Origin: Lama glama
Taxonomy: Eukaryota
Reading direction: 5' to 3'
NCBI GenBank assembly: GCA_028534125.1
Contig: CM052816.1
Span: 74,216,001-74,280,000, forward strand
Length of the DNA: 64,000 bases
Part shown: positions 39,101-51,554 of the stretch, one piece after another
Position numbering within the stretch: position 1 is the stretch's first letter
Layout of the letters: the number at the start of each line of letters is the position of its first letter
Notes under the pieces: generated by a model
What the model was told of the DNA's origin: nothing
Database searches by the model: none
What the model saw: the letters and a program-made list of their open reading frames with translations, nothing else
Made by a program: the position numbers and the translations under genes

Positions 39101-40201
39101 TTAGCTACTCAAACTAGTATCTTAAAGCCGTCTAAATATGTACTGAGCCTTAAGTAAATTACGAGATTCCCTTGCTATTCACATATTTATCCAGTTCCTG
39201 GGTACTGATACCAACAGTCTGAATAGTAAGGGATACCACACTATTTGAATATCATTCCTCAGTTTCAAGTAGTGTGTAGCAAGCAACTCTGGACAGTGAG
39301 GCATCTATGAAAAAATTTCATCCAAAGTTCTCCAATGGGATATCTATATTGTATTCACTGTATTGATAGTCTAAACTGCCTTAACTATCTAACATACTAA
39401 GAACTTGGGAACAAGCATCCAGAAGTCTCTGTAACACTGCTCTTCCCACACCTTTGTTATAGTGGGTTTAGGGACTCCCTAAGATTCAAGTCACTGGTGG
39501 CAGTAGCTCCTGTGTCTGGCACAGGGGACCTAGCAAAGAAAGCTTGGGGAATGGGAACAAGGACAGGGAATCTGACAAGGAAAAAAAAAAAAACAGGCAA
39601 GGGGATAGATGCAGAACTGTAAGGACCAGAGGCTCTAAGGCGGACTCCCTGAGACACCTGCCTCATGCCTGGGATGGCTCCTAGCAGGAGGACAGTACAG
39701 AGACCTTACCCTTCTCAGCTCCTAGGCTGCTCACCTTTCCTGACACGCCTGCCCTTACCTATCTGCCGAGTCAGAACAGATGACCAAATATACGCAAAGG
39801 TATAAACATGTCCAGGATTGTCTGTAAATGTGCTCATCTATGTAATGTGTTAATATAAGACAGGAAAAGTAAAAGCAGTAACAGTGAAGTCTTACTCTAA
39901 TTAGAATTTTATAATTTATGACTCCTAATAAATAATCAAACTATGTTTTATGTATTTCTTTTAAAAATATACAAACTGACAAGATATGAGAATGATAATT
40001 ACTTTCAAATACTGATTTTTTCCTTTTAAAGCATCAATATTTCAACAAACGAATACTTTAAAAACACTATACTCAGCCTGCATGTTAGAAAACACAAGGG
40101 ATAATTTCTGTGGTACTACTGGAAAAAAAAAAAGGATTTAGACACAGCTGCAAGTGAATATGGAAAAACCATACTTTTAACATAAAGTATCTGCTAATTA
40201 C

Positions 40202-40887
40202 CTGTATGTTTTCGAAGATGTTCTTTAAAATGTCCAAAGTGGTCAAACTGTTTCTCACAGTACTGACATATGTGAATTTTTTTCCCAGTTCTTTGCTTCT
40301 TACTGACTCCACCTTCTTCAAGGTGGTAACAACTGAGGTGCTGTTTCCATGCGCTTTCCCGAAGATACCTTTTATTGCATATTTCACACTTGAAACTCTC
40401 AGTGGAGTGTGATTTCATGTGTTCCTTAAAATGGTAAAACAATTTAAATGAACGGTTACATTTCTCACAATGGAACAAGTCCTTCACATGTGACAGCTGA
40501 AGTTCCACAATTTCAATACCTTCTACCTGTTTGCTTGTGGGGTCAGATGCACAGCCATCATCTTCTTTAATCTGCCCTTTTCTATCACCTTGACGGTACT
40601 TGCTGGTAATATCTGCCAACAGTGCCAGAGCAGAATCATCAGAGGAACCTGTGCTCTGAATGTACTTGATGGACTGCTTTGTGGAAGCCACTTCCTCTAA
40701 TGTTTCGATGCTCTCGTCTTCCACTTCGATTGTGCCTTCGGCAATCTCCACCTCAATTTCAACGGGTTCAGATTCTGCAGATGGCAATGACTCAGTGATA
40801 ACATTTGAAGTTTCTGCAATTTTTCTTTTTTTTGCTTCACTTTTTCCTGTCGTATTTTCCTCTAGTGGAGCTGAGTTTTCTTTGTTC
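40202..40887 (-). CDS. ZNF131: ZNF131 coding exon 4: basic KKRK motif, acidic linker, C2H2 zinc fingers 1-3
   Basis: cttcag| acceptor, G|GTAATT donor, 686 nt open frame; fingers CEKC..HMKSH, CEIC..HLSCYH, CQYC..HLRKH. Confidence 0.97.
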
Positions 40888-40924
40888 CTGAAGTATACAA
40901 GGTATGGGTTAAAAAAAAAAATCG

Positions 40925-41619
40925 GTCAGATCAATCAAAATCCTACCAGGCTTTTTGGAAGAAACTGATAAGCTGATAATAAAATTTATATAGAAATGCA
41001 GAACACAATATTGGAAGACTTATACTACCTAATTTCAAGACTTACTGTAAGGCTACAGTAAATTAAGACAATATGATACAGTGAAAGGATAAAACATGGA
41101 GATTAATGGAACAGAAAAAGTCCAGAAACAGATCCACACTTATACAGTCAACTGACTTTTGAAAAAAGGTTCCAAGGTAATTTAATGCAGAAAAGATGAA
41201 ACAGTGGTGTTGGAACTAGTATCCATATGGGAAAAATAAATCTTGACCCTTACCCTCATATCATACACAAAAAAATTAAAAATGGATCACACACTTAAAT
41301 GTAAGAACTAAAACTACTAAAAATGTAAGAAGAAAATAGGATAAAATCTTTGTAACACTGGACTAGGTTTGAAATACTGAAAGACATTTATAGTCAAGTA
41401 TTTAAGTATAAATAGCAGATAGAAAGCAGAAACTTTAGTAACAAAAACTGATAAAATGGATTTCATCAAAATTAAAAACTTTGTCCTTTGAAATACACAG
41501 TTAACAGAAAGGCAAGCCAGACATCAGGAGAAAATATTTGCAAACATATATCTGCCAGAGGTCTTCTATAGAGAATACATGAAGAATTCTTACATATTCA
41601 CTAAACTCAATCTCTTAAA
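40925..41619 (+). mobile_element. L1 ORF2 3' part, left half, split by the ERV
   Basis: ctgataagctgataataaaattt...aaaatggatttcatcaaaattaaaaacttt; continues colinearly at 48253. Confidence 0.85.
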
Positions 41620-42260
41620 ACAACTGTTGGGAGACAATTCTCCACAAGTTCCTTGTGTTTCTGTACATCTTGGGAACTGACAAGCTTTGGTTCTGGACTA
41701 TCTTTCCAAGGATGTCTGCAGAAAAGCCAACAGCCTCGGAAGACAGAGTTGCTGCCTCCAAAGAGGACAGACAGCTCTGCTTACTGTCCAATATAATAAC
41801 GTCCCCCTGTGTGATAGAAAGGCAGGTTTGCTCGCAGCCCATTATAAAAGACGTCTTCCTAAGCTGGAAATCTTCAGCTGTGATGAAAACCAACCATATG
41901 CACAACCTTCACATGGGCCTGTGGGACCTGCGGAAGGGAAAAGCAGCACAAAGAAAACTCATGCTGTCTGCTGTGCAGAGAGTAATAAAGTCCTTTCTTT
42001 CTGACCTACCAACCCTGTATCATCTATCAGCATCCAGGAAACGGTGGTAGGATAATCTGCTGGCTTGCAAAGTAGGGTAGAATCTCAGACCCCCCAGATT
42101 TTGGTACCAAGAACAGGATGCTGAAAAAGACAGGCTTTCTATAACAGGAAGGGTTAAGACCTCACAAAGCAAACGGAATTTGAAGAAGCCCATTGGAGCT
42201 GGAAGCAAACAGGTTTACCAAATTGTAAGGCAATAAATGGTCCTCTATTTAATTGCCTAT

Positions 42261-42604
42261 TGTTATGAATTGAACTGTGTGTCCCCAAAAGATATGAAGT
42301 CCTGACCCCCATGAATATGACGTTATTTAGAAATGTCTGCAGATATAATCAAGTTAAGATGAGGCCCTACTCTAACTATGTCTATATAAGAGATTGGAGT
42401 TATGATGCCACAAGCTAAGGATACCTGGGGCTTCTAGAAGTGAGAGAGACAAGGAAGGATCCTCCCATAGAGGATTTTGAGGGAACAAGGCCCTACCTTA
42501 ATTTAGGATTTCTAGCCTCCAGACCTGTGAGACAATAAATTTCTGTTGTTTTAAGAAACCCAGTTTGTGGTATTTTGTTATGGTAGCCCCAGGAAACTAA
42601 AACA
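42261..42604 (+). mobile_element. MaLR solo LTR (MLT1-like) nested in the ERV leader
   Basis: TGTTATGAATTGAACTGTGTGTCCCCAAAAGATATG...AATAAATTTCTGTTGTTTTAAG...AGCCCCAGGAAACTAAAACA. Confidence 0.85.
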
Positions 42605-45600
42605 TTTATTAATGAGGTTGCAGGATGAGTACTGGGTAGTAAGTTTAAGGACAGCTGTTGGAATGGTGTTTCAGTTGTTGCAAACTGTCCAGGGGTGGAG
42701 AGGCGGGGAAAAGGGGAGGATTTCCTTGCCATCTGGTGGTCAGCCTGAAGTCTGCCCCATTGTTAACAACTAAGGCGAAGATTCAAGAGCAGTCTGACAG
42801 GTGGAGACAGAAGGTTCCACCTGCTTTATAGACAAGTTACTGTCAAATGCACCTAAACCAAATGTGACAGGAGGGAAACTTGCAACTGCTACTAGTAGAA
42901 ACCAGCTGAGTCATTAGAACTTTGGCTGGTCCACATGGGAAATGAAGGGGCAACATAATGCTTGTTGAGCAAGGAATAATGGCAACACTTGGGCCATCTC
43001 AGAGCTCGGCCCCTCCTGCGGTCTGTTATGTCCACCTTAGATCCATTTGGAGATGACTGCCAAAGGTTTCGGAGTTTTTCTGCAGTGGGTCCTGGCTGCC
43101 ATATAAAGGTGCTTTGGGTGCTCTTGGAGAGATTTCTCTGAGACAAATTCTTATGATGAGGCATTACTAGGAGTCTTCCTGTCCAACTTCCTGGGTTTAT
43201 AATGCAGATGAAGATGAGTCACTAAGGAATGAGAAAAGGATCCAAAGCAATATAAATTCTTGTGGTCAGACCTGCTGGAAAGCCTTCTATGTTGCACCAG
43301 GAAAAGCATAGATGTTATCTTGACAATGGGGCAGCGAATGTCCAGGATTAAGGTACACTCTTTAAAAAAAAAAAAAAAAGCCACCACTGTGGAAGTCAAG
43401 TCTGAGTCAGCCAAAAGGCATAAACCACATGGCCCCAACTAGAAAGCAATGTGAATGGGGCTGTTAAATCAAAGGGTCCCCAAAACTGACATTGATGGTG
43501 TCAGCAATGATAACCCTGCTGCCTGACAGAAGGCTCTGGGTGGGCTGAAAATATCAGAGGTTTACTTAGTTGAGCCACATACAGCTCCTGCGCTGCTTGA
43601 CACTGAAAGTAAACGTAACTTGCTCACTGGCAGAGTCATTTTCTTCCTCCACACCACCTCCCCTTCTACCTTCCCTTCCTTTCTAAACTTGACTTCATCT
43701 GCTTGGAGAAAGATAATTAGGGGTGAAGCCGAAGTCTCCCTGTTTCCAAGGGTATACAGTGAAGACACCATATACTCATTGAAGTATGTTGAGGAAAACT
43801 CAAGAATGTGAGGGACTCAAACTTTCACAGTTCTGTTATATTCAGGTGTCCAACTCACAATTCCACCTGGTTCCACGGAGAGAGGCACTTGCATTCCACT
43901 GATGGGGTCTAAGCAAGGTTCACAGGAGGAAAGGGAGGCTGTCCTGACCCTGTGGGTGGTGCTGATTCTACATACTGCTGTTTGACATCTGAATGTACAG
44001 CAGAAGTTGATACGGTATGTGCATTTACACTTCTCCATCCCGTAAGCACCAGAGATGGATCATCCCAATTGGGAAGAACCACACACACAGAAGAGCTACT
44101 GGAACAAACTTCCCTGATATTAGCCACTAGTAGCTGGGTCAAGATTTATCACAAGTGTCTCTATCTTGTATCTAAAATTCACATTATACTGAAGATATCC
44201 TTATGACTGGCAAGCCAGAAGTCTCAGTTGCAAAGGCCCTGAATGTAATATTAAGACATCTCTACCAGCAGGGGTTGCTGATAAATCCCAACAAAATTCA
44301 GAGGTCTGCTCACCAAGTAAAGTTTTTGGGGACTAGACATGCAGATTCACAATGTTCAATCCCCTCTAGTAGTAAAAGAAAAAAACTACTGTTTCTTCAC
44401 CTCCTCCCTCTTCCCATCAAAAATGAGACCCAGCATCTCATTGGACTATTTAGGTACCAGAGACAGTATGTGCCTCACTTCTACTAACTTGTTTATTAGA
44501 TCAGCTAATCTGCAAAACAGCATCTTTTAAGTGGGGCTCCAACCAGCAGGTTGCACTGGTTGTCCATCAAGCTGTGGCACATTCTCTACCAAAACCCTAA
44601 TGACCTCTTTCATCTACAAGTCTCTGAGACTGATGCCTTTGCAGATTTGAGCTTCTGGCAAAGGGAAGCTGCCTCTACCCAAAGGTATTCCTTGGGTTTT
44701 GGACTTGTCAACTGCTTGATATGGCTACAAGGTACACTCCCTTTGACAAGAAAGGATTAGCTTACTAATGGGCTCTTGTTGAAATTGAAATAAGATTCAT
44801 GGCAGCTTTGAGGCTCTCTGCCATTTGGGAGTGTGTTAACTAAAACTTCATGATCAGCAAGTTAAGATGTGCCCAACAAGTCTCATTTGTCAAACAAAAA
44901 TAGTTATACTCAAGAGAGCAGTTGGCCTCTTGGCTTTACACGAAAAAGTGGTAGCTTCCCTACTCTGTTGCCTAAAGAAAGCCATTAGATCAATGGAGTC
45001 TTTGGTTCACTGACAGTCTGGCTAAGCTGAAGGTGTTCACTGGGCTGCTACAGATGCTCAGCCTAGGCACCAACTCTACAAACCCAGAAGTGGACATGGC
45101 TGCTTTGGCTCAGAGTGCAGAGCTCAAGGCGGTCTTCATCAATCTGGACAACATTCTCCACAATGAATCTTTCTGTATTTTTATTGATTCTTGGGCTATT
45201 GCCATGGCCTAGCTCTTTGGAAGACTTGGAAATCTTGGCAGATTAAAGATACCCATCTTTGGGGCCACAACTGTGGAAACAAATAGCAGCTGCTGATTAA
45301 ACTATCTGGATCACTGATTCAGATGTTCAGGTAATGGCCTGTTCTCCAATGGTACGAATGGGAATCAAGTGTAACAAGTCGACACTGCCTAGACTTCCAT
45401 CACTGCCACCTATATTCAACAAATTCTGAAGATGGTGACACATTCACTCTCACAGACTGAGTAGAAAGTAAAGGACCCTTTATTTCTGATGGAGAAGTTG
45501 CCACTGCATGCCAGACTTGTGATACTTGCTAAAAGTTGGCCTGTGTGTCTCATATCACATCACAGAGGGCATTGTCTCCGACTGTTCCTGGCAGACAGAC

Positions 45601-46499
45601 TACCCTAGACCTTTGGCCCCGTCTCAAGGCTATCACTGATGCCTCACCACTAAGGACCCTTTTTCAGGTTAACCTGTTGCTGTTCCAGTCTAATCAGTTG
45701 GTTCTGGCCACACTACTGTGGCTCTTGAGATTGAGCTGTGTCATATGTTCAGCTCTCTGGACCACGTGCAGTCTGATAATGATGCACTAAAAGCTACTCA
45801 ATAATTAGCTGTTAGTCAAGGTATTGTTGGAACTTTCAAGCTCCCTCCTGTCCATAGATACTGATATTGTAGAGTGCTGTAACAGCCTCCTCAAATATCA
45901 ACTCAAAAAGACTTCTGACTCTACTTTCCTTGCTTCCTCCTTGTCCAAAAATCTGAGTAAGGCATCAAACTCAGCTGTCCCTAGAAAAGGATCACCTCTT
46001 TGGCTGCCTCCTGGGTAACGATCAAGACCTATATATAAACCTAACTGGAAATTTAGTATTCTGCTCTGACCATTCTCAGACACTTTTTCTTTCCCCCAAT
46101 GGCAACCATGGAGCAGCCTGGCTGGTACCTCTTCCAAGTTAATATCCTGTCAAAAGTAGGCCTAGCAGATTCAAACTTAGTTCTAGTTTAGCCATTGGGA
46201 TTCTCTTACTGAACAGACATCAACTTAGATCCTAGGAATAATGACCACTTGGTTGAATACATTGCTTGCCAAGTACACTTGGATTGGCCCTTGTGGGCCA
46301 AAGTGGACTATATAATGGGTCTCTTAAGTTTTATAAATGCCCTTATCTCTGTCCATTCCACATGAAATGTCTAGGTAAGAGGAGATGGCTGGAAAAGAGG
46401 TAAAGTTATAGCTACTAGAACAGGACATACTGATTTTGTGGAGGTGGAGGGAGAGCCACCACCCTGGACGCTAGAGAGAGAACATCTTTGACTGCAGGT

Positions 46500-47700
46500 G
46501 ATGTGTGTAGGGGAGAAAGGGACATTAATAATCTTTGTCCTTCAGAACCACTCCAAGAGCCTTCCTCAGGTATGAAAATGCTCTCAGGCAGATTTCCCCA
46601 AAAGCTGCAAGTTTAAACTCACTGCTGGATCTGTCACCCCTCACCAGAGGGTGACCACAACCTGATCACCATTTTCTCTAACTTTACTAAGAAGTATTTT
46701 GTCAACAGCAGGGGATGGCCAAGCTCCTGCATGTCCCGTGCAAAACACCAGGTTTTCACTACTATTCCCAAAGCTCAGGCTCAGTCTGTGAGGTGTCTGT
46801 CACTCAGCTGGCATACAGGTGCTCATGATAAACAGAACAGATTGAACTAGCAGCTCTCAGACATTCCCTCCAAAAACAAAGACTCGTTCAAACTGAGCTG
46901 GGAAAGGAAGGCCACATTGGAGACAATATCAATCTGTGCCCCTGACTGATGAAGATCCCACTTTGTGGTCACAAAAAATTGTAAACAACACTTTCTTCAA
47001 AAAGCACCTATGTGCCCCCTGGGACCATAATTCTTGTATGGAAGCCAGGTCTTAACTTCCTTCCTTCCCAAAAATACAATGCCTTGAAACTTAGAGGTGG
47101 GAAGAGAGCATCCAGTGTCTAAGGAAGCACCACTGGTAGATCAGTTTAGCTCTCAGATGACTGTGAAGATCTCTCCAAAATAAGGCTACCCTTGGTTATT
47201 TGGGGGAGCTTCCTGGAGGAAAAACTGATTTATTTATGCATGTTCTATGAGCAGTCTTCCCTACCATGAGAGGCATCCAAATAAATAGGTGGTACAAATT
47301 TGTGTCTGACTCTAGCTGATGTGATCAATGACACCACTTGGGATCTGGAAGACATTCATGTCAGCCTCAGAACACTGGCCAGGGTAATTATGGAGGCTAG
47401 ACTTGCCCTAGACTTCTTCCCTGTTGACCAATGCTGAGACTGTGCAACTGCTTAAACATCTGGCTACACTCAGATTAATCCTTAGAGCTAAGTGGAAAAC
47501 TCAATATAGAAACTAAAGGAGAAAGCCTTCTGGCTTTCTAGGGATTTGTTCAGTTGGTTGAGTGTAGGACCTTAGGGGAATGGATGCATGGTTAAGATTA
47601 GCACTGCAGGGTGGCCACATCCTGCTACTTGGAATTCTGATGTTTTCTTAACTAAATCCCGCGCGGGAAAAATTGAATAGTAGGTCCCAGTTCCTACTGG
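46500..47700 (+). pseudogene. env: Degenerate retroviral env (gamma-type)
   Basis: CWIC motif at 46623-46634; TM region LRTLARVIMEARLALDFFPVDQC*DCATA*TSGYTQIN...KLKEKAFWL (~47366-47540); hydrophobic anchor ILLLGILMFS; several stops. Confidence 0.8.
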
Positions 47701-48252
47701 CATATTAATCGGAATGGTCACGGAGTAGTGTATTCACTGGAAAATTTACCAGAAGCTGAAACAGTGTAGAAATAAGCATACTGTTGAAACACCTCTCCGT
47801 GGGACCCTCATGTTTCTGCATATCTTATAAACAAACACACTGAAAGTCTTTTGTTTTGGACTATCTTTTCAAAGACAGCTGTCTGTATAGCAAGTGGCTG
47901 GTTTGTTTATTGTCCAGTATAATAAAGATAAGGGACCCTCTGGGGCAAAGGCTGGGTAGATTTGCTTACAGCTCATCATAAAAGATTTGGGTTTCCTAGA
48001 GCCCAAAGTCCTCAACTGTGATGTAAACCATTGTGAGCACAACACACACCAAGGCCACTGCATTATCCCTCATGACTCCTGGGGAATGGGATCCAAGAAA
48101 ACTGACACGAACAGGAAGCTCACGCTGCTCTGTATGCTGTGAGAGACTCAAAATTCTCATGTCTGCTGCCAGCACCCATAACACCGTGGCAGGCCAACTT
48201 ATTAGCTGGTAAACAGATTAAAACCTCACACCCTTCAGTTTTTGACAATAAC

Positions 48253-49160
48253 TCAATTTTTTAAATGGGCAAAAAATTTGAACAGACATCTTGCCAAAGA
48301 AGATTAACATATGGCAAAAGAGGCACATAAAAAAATGCTCAAAGTCATTAGTCATTAGGGAAATGCAAACTAAAACCACTATGTACCTACCAACTTGGCT
48401 AAAATGTAAAAAGTCTGATCATACAGGAAGACTGTGGAGCAGTTGGCAGCTCATACAGTTCAAATTGGAATGTAAAATGGTACAACACTTTGGAAAACAG
48501 CTTGGCAGTTTCTTAAATAAATAAATAAATAAAAAACACATCTACCATATGACCCAACTATTCCAATTCTAGGTATTTACTGAGAGAAATGAAAGCATAT
48601 GTCCAAAGACGTGTACACAAATATTCGTAGTCACTTTATTTGTGATAGCCAAAAACTGGAAACAACCTAAATGTCCATCAACAGGTGGTATAGCCATACA
48701 ATGGAATACTCAGCAATAAAAAGGAACCCACAACAACATGGGCAAACCTCTAAAACACAATGCTAAGTGAAAAAAGTCTAGCATGAAAGACTACACACTA
48801 CAGGAATCCATTTATATGACATTCTAAATAAGATCAAAACCACAATGAGGTAATAACCTATAATGAAAAATAATAATATACACATATGTATAACTGAATC
48901 ACTATGCTGTACACCAGAAACTAACACAATACTGTAAATCAACTATGTACTTAAAAAAACCAAAAACCCACAGTGATAAAAATCAGATCAGTGGAGGCTG
49001 GGGACCAGGGCTGACTGCAGTCGTAAAAGTTAGGGTGATCAAAATGTTTCTATACCCTGAATGTGGTGGTGGCTACACCACCGTGTACAATTAACAAAAT
49101 TCAAACTCTACATTAAAATGGGTGAAATGTATTGTATGTAAATTACACCTTAATAGGCTG
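48253..49160 (+). mobile_element. L1 ORF2 end and 3' UTR, right half, with a short younger L1 tail inserted at ~48850-48960
   Basis: aaatgggcaaaaaatttgaacagac...ccatatgacccaactattccaattctagg; nested tataactgaatcactatgctgtacaccagaaactaacacaa. Confidence 0.82.
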
Positions 49161-51409
49161 AGGAAGAAAAATCTATAAGGCACCTGCTGTTTCCTAACAA
49201 ATAACAGGAACCTTCTCATTCAGTTTTAAATAAGCAATGATGCAATTCCAGCAAAATAAAGTCCTAGTATTTTTTCCAGTGTCATTCAAAAATTTTACAC
49301 TGTATTCCAAAAATATGTGCATACTGCAAATGTGAGAAGAGCACCTTATTTACCTTCTGCATCTACAAAACAGTTATACAATAATCTTCTCAATATAGAG
49401 TTGCCTTTACCAGTTGATTTAACCACAACTACATCATGCAATTTTTATTCCTAAATTGTGTAACATTATACGCAGCCAGTTACAAACAGTCAATATGTAA
49501 TACTGCTATCTTCCTGTCTTTAAAGAATCCTTCAGAGTATACTGCATGCCTATTTGGTTCATGAAACAATTCAACATGCTAATATATTTATATTGAGAAG
49601 CACTGATGGTTGTAATTACAGTAAGAATCCCAGTCTTATAATAAATCTTCTAAAAGCTTCTAAATAGGCCTGGGAAAACAGCTGTACCTAATTGTTCTTA
49701 CCATCATCTCCCAATGACTAGACACAAGAACTTAATTAAATGTCTTCCAAATCTAACCTGGACCACTGTCGTAGAGTATGTTCCACTGTTCTGCTGACGA
49801 GGACTTTCTGCATAGTTAGATACTACTTACTAACATGAGCAGCAAAGGGACCACACAGAACATGTTTTCAGAAGGTTCTCATCTGAGACTTAGCCACAAA
49901 TTTGATATTGCCCCATCCAAACATATTCCCCTAGTCTACCTCCATTTTGAGAAGGTATGACCTAAATCAGGTTTACATCCTCAATACACCTCTATTTTGC
50001 TACCTGTGTCTTAGCTCTCTCTGCAGACACTGGCCTGGTTTTAATCAGCACGCACCATCCATCTATTCACAAATGTTTATTGCATATCTACTATGTGTCA
50101 GGCACTAGGCATCAGAATACATACACACCAAGCTCTTGTCAGAAAAGTTGAATCTTGAATTCTGTCATCAAACTAATTGAAAGCTCATTAGGAGAAATAA
50201 TATTTATGGATAATTACAATTTAAGAATAACTACGAAACAACTGAACGTTATCTTTTGACTGAATCACACCAGTGAGTGGGACTAAATCACTCTGCCCTA
50301 TGTGTAACTGATTTTACCAAACTGTACTTCAGTGTTATGTCAACAACCTACATTGAAGTTCGTAAGAAACAGAACCAAGAGATAGTAACAGCAATTCACA
50401 TTTAGAGTACAACGGGCCAGATTCCTTGCTAAGCACTTTACACGCATTAATTCACTTACACTTCACAAATAATCCTATGTAGAAAGTACCATCATTATCT
50501 CCATTTGACAGATAAGGAAACTGAGAAGCTCACAGGAGGCAGAGTAATTGCATTGAGGCCACACAGTGGCAGAGCTGGGATACTACAGAGGCAGCCCGAC
50601 CCCAGAGCTCTTGTTCTTGGTCACTATGTTTCAATGACACTATTCATTATGTAAAATGTTGAAGTCTTTATTCATTATACCATTTAATGTTTTCCTAATA
50701 ACTTCCTATGAGAAACTGTTTTAATATCAAGCATAGCTCTTACAAAACTGGTATGTTCTCATATTATAACCATAAATAATGTAACTGAGGGTTTTTTTCC
50801 TTTTTCTTTGGAAGAGGTGCTTCAAAACTCAGAGCTAGATTTAGCTCATTTAGCAAGTATACAGACTTAATGGCATGCATTTTGACTATCATATTTCTAA
50901 CTTCACTGATTATCACCTCCACCTAGCCTATTTATTACATCTTCAATTTCCTCACTTTTTTAAAAAAAAAAAACTGTACTACGTTAATCTATGTAAGGCA
51001 AACTCTTTTTAGAATAAGGCTTAGTACAAATAACTAGCTTGAATCCAACAAGACAGTTTACAGGGGCCCAGAGAACTCCTTAGAAGATGTCTAGTCCTCC
51101 TTATTTTATTAGACACAAAAGATGCTACTTCAGTTAATATTAGCAGTTTTTACAGAAGGACAAAAAAATCAAGTGTGAGGTAAAGAACAATCAGTATCCA
51201 GAAGAACTTTATAAATTCTTAAATACATACTCCTGGTTGCAAAATGTAAGCTCTTTATGGCATGACACACACGATAAATTCTTAACTAACAGGCTGAACA
51301 TGACTGAATATAACTATCTGCGCCTCACTAATGACGTTAGTTCTTTATAGCATGACACTGAATGTGACTAAATATAATAACTATCTGTGCTCATGCAAGA
51401 AATAATTAC

Positions 51410-51554
51410 CTGACTTCAAGGGCTTTGATAGCTTCTAGCATTTGTAGAAACTCTGCTGCTTTCCATACATCATTGGCTTCTTCTTCTCCTTGTATCATTA
51501 ACTTTGCTGTATATGTGAACTCAATCAAATGACGAAAGGCCATCTTACTAACAC
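51410..51554 (-). CDS. ZNF131: ZNF131 coding exon 3 (GVSKMAFRHLIEFTYTAKLMIQGEEEANDVWKAAEFLQMLEAIKALEV), end of BTB domain
   Basis: ttttacag| acceptor, AG|GTAATT donor, 145 nt; frame consistent with neighbouring exons. Confidence 0.97.

Larger units (their letters stand above)
41625..48247 (+). mobile_element. Decayed two-LTR class III ERV (ERVL, LTR40-like LTRs) with pol and env remnants
   Basis: 5' LTR 41625-~42096 and 3' LTR 47782-48247 are alignable (TGTTG start, shared TATAAAAGA box, 3' LTR ends TGACA); PBS-like TGGTACCAAGAACAGGAT at 42102-42119; TSD ACAAC/ATAAC; RT HYTEDILMTG (44182), RNase H WFTD..QSAELKAV..IFIDSWAIA (~45003-45205), integrase WQTDY..QSDN..IVECCNSLLKYQL. Confidence 0.88.

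Noticed and set aside
40085..40968. Alternate-frame and antisense ORFs (40085-40387, 40206-40412, 40660-40968)
   Set aside because: Shadows of the real ZNF131 exon with no independent support
46500..47700. Possible domesticated syncytin-like env gene
   Set aside because: Multiple stops and frameshifts, and the CX6CC cysteines are mutated
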